Below, in pieces: positions 62,639 through 64,000 of a stretch of 64,000 nucleotides of DNA. The notes under the pieces are model-generated. The model was not told the DNA's origin. It was given only the letters and a program-made list of their open reading frames with translations, and did no database searches. The translations under genes and the position numbers were made by a program. The DNA comes from Candidatus Altimarinota bacterium. Lineage in GTDB: Bacteria > Patescibacteriota > Gracilibacteria > UBA1369 > GCA-2718715. Each line of letters opens with the position of its first letter. Position 1 is the first letter of the stretch. The stretch is from positions 672,001-736,000 of the forward strand of contig JBESAV010000001.1 in NCBI GenBank assembly GCA_041242255.1, in the 5' to 3' direction.

Positions 62639-63999
62639 ACTTCTTCATTAATATTATCTAACCTCTCCAGTTCAAACTGGGCTCTTTCATATATTGAATT
62701 ATTCGAGGTCAACCTAGCTAACCTCTCAGCTTGCTCATAATTCTGCCTAGCTAAATCCAAACGATCCTGCTCTAAATAAACAGCTCCTAAATTGAGATAA
62801 ACTGCAGCAATTTCATCATCACGACTTAACGCATTTTCAAATTCAACTAACGCTTCATCTAGTCTATCTGAAGCAAGATAAGCCCAACCTAAAAGATTGT
62901 AAGACATACCTTGATCAGGGTATAAAGCAATAGCTCTATTACCATTTTCAATAGCTTTACTAAAATCTTTTCTATACTCAATCATCAACCAACTAAATCT
63001 CACTAAAGTATCCATTCCAACATTACTTTGCTGAACAACTTGCTCGTAAGCATTAATGGATTGATCAAACTTTGCCAACTTATAATAATTATGACCTAGA
63101 TATTCTTGCAATTGATATTCAGGCTGATATCCAAATCCAGCTGCTTGCTCAAGACTTCTTATCGAATTCTCAAATTCATCCATACCTAACTGGGCCAAAC
63201 CTAAATAAAAATAAGTTGTAGAATTATATGGATCCAACTCCTTAGCTTTTTGTAAGGTCTGCTCTGCCTCCACCAAACTATCGGACAACAGGTAAGAATA
63301 ACCAAGATACAACCAAGCATCACGATAATCACCTTTGTCTCTAATTGCCTCAAAAAAAAACCTTCTAGATAAACTGTACTCTTCCAAATCAATTAGCGAC
63401 TGCCCAACCAAGCTAAGTAAGTAAGCCGTTGGAGTATCCACAAAAGTTTCATAAATTTCAATATCATCTAATAATACATTTGAAGATTCAAGATATTGTC
63501 GATCTTGTTCTGATACATATTCAGCATTACTAACTTGGGCAACAATCAAATTTAACTTATCTTTAGCATTATCCAAATTAGGCTGTAATAAGTTTATTAA
63601 AGCACCAAGATACAAACTCTCAGTATTCCTAGAATCTAAACTAGTATATATCTCTGCAGCCTTATCAACTTGTCTATTAAGTATATAGAACTTCATTAAA
63701 AGGTTATTGTCATCCACATCGAAATCTCCCAACTTAGCAGCACTATTAATGTTATTTTTTGCTGGCTCTAAATCATCTAATTCCAGAAAACTTTCAGCAA
63801 CACCTAGAAAAGGCTCTTTATTTGCAGGTTGCTGTTGATTTGCAAAGCGGAAGTATGCTAGAGCATTTCTATAATCATGGTTATCCAAAAAAGCATATGC
63901 TCTACTTATATTCTCCTCGTAAGCTAAATCGTTAACTAGCAAGTCCTCATCTTTATTCTCTGTTTCATTAACCCCATCATTCGTCATCAAAATACGATC
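62635..63999 (-). CDS. TPR-repeat protein; probably 5'-partial
   Basis: Multiple TPRs (AWLYLGYSY, AKELDP, YNLLGWAY, YLNLGAVY); the frame stays open to the window edge. Confidence 0.85.
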   Translation of the reverse strand, partial: DRILMTNDGVNETENKDEDLLVNDLAYEENISRAYAFLDNHDYRNALAYFRFANQQQPANKEPFLGVAESFLELDDLEPAKNNINSAAKLGDFDVDDNNLLMKFYILNRQVDKAAEIYTSLDSRNTESLYLGALINLLQPNLDNAKDKLNLIVAQVSNAEYVSEQDRQYLESSNVLLDDIEIYETFVDTPTAYLLSLVGQSLIDLEEYSLSRRFFFEAIRDKGDYRDAWLYLGYSYLLSDSLVEAEQTLQKAKELDPYNSTTYFYLGLAQLGMDEFENSIRSLEQAAGFGYQPEYQLQEYLGHNYYKLAKFDQSINAYEQVVQQSNVGMDTLVRFSWLMIEYRKDFSKAIENGNRAIALYPDQGMSYNLLGWAYLASDRLDEALVEFENALSRDDEIAAVYLNLGAVYLEQDRLDLARQNYEQAERLARLTSNNSIYERAQFELERLDNINEEV

Positions 64000-64000
64000 T

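Noticed and set aside
63352-63360. A9 homopolymer in the TPR gene as a phase-variation tract
   Set aside because: The frame is intact (FFF) and such runs are expected in an AT-rich genome

Overview
AT-rich, densely packed bacterial chromosome segment. It is read in the standard code (TGA is the stop of valS and of the 48535 ORF). Gene content suggests a Patescibacteria (CPR) organism, probably Peregrinibacteria-like; this is inferred from an orphan VirD4/TraD-like ATPase, a sigma-region-4/HTH protein, a solo wHTH-nucleotidyltransferase, a short ProRS and pilus genes. Most of the window is housekeeping: tig, rplS, rnhB, proS, infB, rpsA, clpC, ruvB, aspS, dnaE, tsf, rpsB, valS, pyrG, trpS, priA, secDF and two tRNAs. 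These are interleaved with envelope genes (rhamnose and mannose nucleotide-sugar enzymes, a CsaB-like pyruvyltransferase, SLH-M23, 3D and VanW proteins, pilD). I saw no CRISPR array, integrase or transposase. The best candidate for an undescribed system is at 35.2-44.2 kb. There a PKD+7TM membrane protein is coupled to one polypeptide that fuses an ATP-grasp peptide ligase, a dead retropepsin domain and a DUF1704/MATCAP-type metallocarboxypeptidase, i.e. a possible writer+eraser of C-terminal amino-acid tags. It converges on an NTT-like transporter/STAS/PP2C module. Other points of interest are a perfect CIRCE operator over the clpC promoter, a eukaryote-type NRS/ER rhamnose enzyme, SecDF with a parvulin-like insert, S1 with an alphaCTD/HhH-like tail plus a leader hairpin, and eroded catalytic motifs in Lgt, the ValRS editing site and the DnaE PHP domain. 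All family assignments are by motif recognition; no database searches were run.
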